A stretch of DNA of 64,000 bases, taken from assembly GCA_964016885.1 (NCBI GenBank), contig OZ024750.1, forward strand, positions 43,400,001 through 43,464,000, in the 5' to 3' direction. Shown here piece by piece: positions 59,918-64,000 of this stretch. The position numbers and the translations under genes are program-made. Position 1 is the first letter of the stretch; each line of letters opens with the position of its first letter. The notes beneath the pieces were generated by a model. The model searched no databases and was not told the DNA's origin. It saw only the letters and a program-made list of their open reading frames with translations. This DNA comes from Eledone cirrhosa (Eukaryota).

Positions 59918-59936
59918 AATATATATATATATAAAT

Positions 59937-59967
<31 letters not shown>

Positions 59968-60042
59968 AATATATATATATATAAATATATATATATATAA
60001 ATATATATATATATAAATATATATATATATAAATAAATATAT

Positions 60043-60097
<55 letters not shown>

Positions 60098-60309
60098 AAT
60101 ATATATATATATATGAGGGTGTTAAAGTTTGCTTGAAGCATTGTGAAATGTGTAAAATACGTAGTTTAGAAAGCCACAACAATGCAGATGGGAAATCTCG
60201 AGGTAGGAAGTGAATGATAGATAGGAGAAATAGGAGAAAGTGAAAATTGAGAGAGACAAAGATGAAAACAAAACAAAGGTAGAAGGGTTACCGTAGTGGA
60301 GATTTAATA

Positions 60310-60342
60310 CCAATATTTCGGGCTCACGCCCATCAACGGGGG
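60310..60342 (-). ncRNA. Degenerate hammerhead in the 3' pseudo-LTR of the PLE
   Basis: CCGTTGA-T-GGGC(GTGA)GCCC-GAAA-TA-TT-GG; two core substitutions. Confidence 0.45.
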
Positions 60343-60942
60343 AAAGTTAAAAAAAGGGGGGGGGGGAACAGGCTAAGCCGGAGAAAGTTGTGATGTCGTT
60401 AAAACAGGAATGCCGTTATGGGGAGAAAATTTAAATGAGGGAAAGAATGCGCGTGCGCGTGATAGGCTGTGGCAAAAGCTACTGACCAAATGGGTTAAAT
60501 CAAGAGGGTGCGCTAGCGTGTGAAAGCCGTAAAATATGTGTGTGTAACTGTGTGTGTATATGTGTAAGTGTGTATATGTATGAGTGTGTGTGTGTGTGAA
60601 ATATAGTGGGCTGTAGAAGCTGGAAATCAAAGGGTGTGAAAGGTGGTAGGTTGTAAAACATGTGTGCGTGTATAAATATAGATGTGTGTGTGTATGCGTA
60701 TGGGTATATATGTGTGTGTAACTGTGTGTGTATATGTGTAAGTGTGTATATGTGTGAGTGCGTGTGTGTGTGAAAGATAGTGGGCTGTAGAAGCTGGAAA
60801 TCAAAGGGTGTGAAAGGTGGTAGGTTGTAAAAACATGTGTGTGTGTATAAATATAGATGTGTGTGTGTATGCGTATGGGTATGCATATACGTGCGTGTGT
60901 GTGAAAATAGCAGGCCGTAAGGGCTGGGAATGGTCACTATGG

Positions 60943-62622
60943 TTAAATTAGCCATGTCAGCTCATTTCTCTCAGCCCGGTTGTTAAGTGGGGGTCTGAGG
61001 TTCTTAAGAACAAGTGCTTCCTTTATCCTTAAGGATCCGATGCTGCGTTCAGTCGCTAGGACAGTGACCAAGGGTCTACCCTGTGGGTTTCCGCATTTAA
61101 GGATGTGTTTACGGAAGGAAGATGCGTTGGTGTTGATATGTTCCTTGATACGAACATGTAGGGGTCGGATGGTGCTACCTATGTAAAACTTGTTACATTT
61201 ATCGCATTGAATCTTACATACGACATAGGTGCGTAGGCAATCTGCCCCCCGTATCGGGCAGTTGCTGAGGGAACACGTCCCATCTGACTCGTCGGGTTTG
61301 TTGGAGAGGCATCTTCGCAGCGAAGGTCCTGTGTGGGCCAAATGTATGTCAAGTCCCTCCGTCCGTATGGCCCTGCGGATGGCGTTCGTGGTATATTCAC
61401 TCAGGTGGGGGATTTTAAAGAAGCACCTGCTTTTATTTAAGTTTCTAGTGGGTGTCTGTCTATTGGGTCTGGGGTCTCTAATTCCGTTAATCAGTCGCTT
61501 GGGATATCCATTAGACTTGAGTAGATTACGGAATTGCGTGGTATGGGTGAGACCACCCATCGGGTCGCTGCATCCGTTAGTGATCCGTGTCAGTTCATTT
61601 AGGACATAGCCTCTCTTAGCGTTGTTGGGGAGGGCTGAGTTGTAATGCACAAATAAGTCCTTGCACGCTGCTTTGCGGTAGAAGGTGGTGTTTATGTCTC
61701 CTTCTTCCGAGATGTTGATACGGAAGTCGAGGAGGGCGAGTGACCCGTCTTCTCCTGGGTGTTCGATGGTGAAATCGACGTGATGGTCAGTATCGTTGAA
61801 GATTTGGTGAATTTCATTCGCCATCTCCCGGGAAGAAGTAAGTATCAGGATGTCATCAACGTATCTGGAGTAGAAGGCGACGGCGTTGGGTTGGCAGGTA
61901 TTGAGTGCCTTGCGTTCCAGGTGGTCCATGTACGAGATCGCAAGTATGCCGGACAGACTAGAGCCCATAGGTAGCCCAGAGATCTGTTTGTACGTGTGGC
62001 CGAGGAAATTGAAGAATGCATTATCCACAACGAAAGAGAGGAGTTGGTGGATGTCCGTGTGTGTGAGTCCGAAGCAGTATAAGTTAGATGCTCTGACTCG
62101 TTCGGTCAACAGGTCGACGGCTGGGGATGCTGGTACGGAGGTATAAAGGGCGACCACATCAAGACTGAAGGCATATCCGTTGTCCTTTCTGGTGTTGGGC
62201 GCCAGATGGTGTAGTCGCTCCAAGACCTCCTTTGAGCTGCAGACGTGGGCTGGTAGTGTGTGTAGAATGGGTTTCAGTAGTGTGGAGAGCAACCACGATA
62301 TTTTGTAGAGTGGGCCCTCCACGCTAGAGACAATGGGCCTGATTTTCAAATCGGGTCCTTGTTTATGTGTTTTGACCAGGTGGTAGAAGGTGGGTAGTTT
62401 GCTGTTTCGAGTCATTATGTTGTTTTTTACCTTCTTTGGCAGTTTTCGTTGGACACAGATGTTAGTCCATATGGTGTTAATGCCTTCCTCGATTAGAGTC
62501 GAGGAGGTCCCTGTGACTTTCGAGTAGAGGCTGTCGTCATTAAGATGTTGGAGAGCTAAGTTGTTGTAGGTCTCTCTCGAGATGACACAGAATTCTTTCC
62601 CCTTGTCAGAGGGAAGGTACAC
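60943..62622 (-). CDS. Penelope-like reverse transcriptase + C-terminal GIY-YIG endonuclease (N-terminus truncated)
   Basis: PSDKG, KTHK..RPIVS, SLDVVALYTSVP, GLPMGSSLS, YSRYVDD, LLDF, Cys-rich linker, YVVCKIQCDKC..YIGSTIRPLHVRIKEH. Confidence 0.9.
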   Translation of the reverse strand: MYLPSDKGKEFCVISRETYNNLALQHLNDDSLYSKVTGTSSTLIEEGINTIWTNICVQRKLPKKVKNNIMTRNSKLPTFYHLVKTHKQGPDLKIRPIVSSVEGPLYKISWLLSTLLKPILHTLPAHVCSSKEVLERLHHLAPNTRKDNGYAFSLDVVALYTSVPASPAVDLLTERVRASNLYCFGLTHTDIHQLLSFVVDNAFFNFLGHTYKQISGLPMGSSLSGILAISYMDHLERKALNTCQPNAVAFYSRYVDDILILTSSREMANEIHQIFNDTDHHVDFTIEHPGEDGSLALLDFRINISEEGDINTTFYRKAACKDLFVHYNSALPNNAKRGYVLNELTRITNGCSDPMGGLTHTTQFRNLLKSNGYPKRLINGIRDPRPNRQTPTRNLNKSRCFFKIPHLSEYTTNAIRRAIRTEGLDIHLAHTGPSLRRCLSNKPDESDGTCSLSNCPIRGADCLRTYVVCKIQCDKCNKFYIGSTIRPLHVRIKEHINTNASSFRKHILKCGNPQGRPLVTVLATERSIGSLRIKEALVLKNLRPPLNNRAERNELTWLI

Positions 62623-63031
62623 AAAGTTCCTGGATCTTAGGTCGGTGAGAGTATTAAATTGTGCATTGGTGAGGTTGCGTTTATTGTGTGTGTGTGTGTT
62701 GGGAAAGGATGTTAGAGATAGAATGTTTCAACCCGAGTAGTTTAGTGTCAAGTTCGTGGTTGGTGGGTGGGGGGTGGAGTGGGTTGTCGAGGTGGTACGT
62801 GGGGAGTGTGGGGTGGGTTGTGGGGTTGTAATCGATCTCGGTGTTGTTTTGGATGGCGGTTAGCCATTTCAGTTGATATGCTGTCCGACAGAAGTTGATT
62901 TCGATGTCGAGTTTCAGTCTATCATCGAGACGCTGTGTAATGGTCCGAGGCGCAGAAGTTCGAGTTCGTCGTTGGTGAGGGTACCGGTTAGGTCGGTAAC
63001 GAGGTGTGAAGCATCGTTGGTAGGTAGATCG

Positions 63032-63893
<862 letters not shown>

Positions 63894-63898
63894 AGGAA

Positions 63899-64000
63899 CC
63901 AGTAAGACCCCGACAGCTGAGCTCAAGCCGTTTCGACGGCTAATTCTCCGTCGAATTAGCCGTCGAAACGGCTTGAGCTCAGCTGTCGGGGTCTTACTGG
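63899..64000. mobile_element. Perfect hairpin carrying the 3' half of a hammerhead (related copy at 20660-20698)
   Basis: GACGG(AGAATTAG)CCGTC-GAA-ACGGCT(TGAGCTC)AGCTGT-C-GGGG; CUGANGA core missing; runs off the window end. Confidence 0.65.

Overview
AT-rich, repeat-dominated animal genomic DNA. The tRNA-derived SINE and other dispersed repeats resemble those of octopod cephalopods (recognition, not a database result). No intact host gene is visible, and most ORFs in the track are microsatellite artefacts. Recognisable coding sequence is all retroelement-derived: a 5'-truncated, frameshifted CR1-group LINE (6.4-9.2 kb), an RTE 3' fragment (3.9-4.5 kb), and three Penelope-like element (PLE) RT/GIY-YIG segments (21.5-22.7, 53.8-54.4 and 60.1-63.0 kb). 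Other mobile DNA includes about 12 copies of one SINE, a Helitron and MITEs. Two things stand out. (1) About 20 type-I hammerhead ribozyme motifs from at least 10 unrelated sequence families sit mostly in short fold-back, PLE-type inserts beside (TA)n tracts. Several have non-canonical cores (U3-A8, U4C, U4A) or very long stem II. (2) A 15.9-kb array of a 42-bp unit keeps perfect register over 377 periods, begins as an apparent 30-nt micro-exon with acceptor and donor, and abuts a PLE RT fragment. Local inverted and templated duplications are also common. All ribozyme structures were folded by eye; activity is untested.
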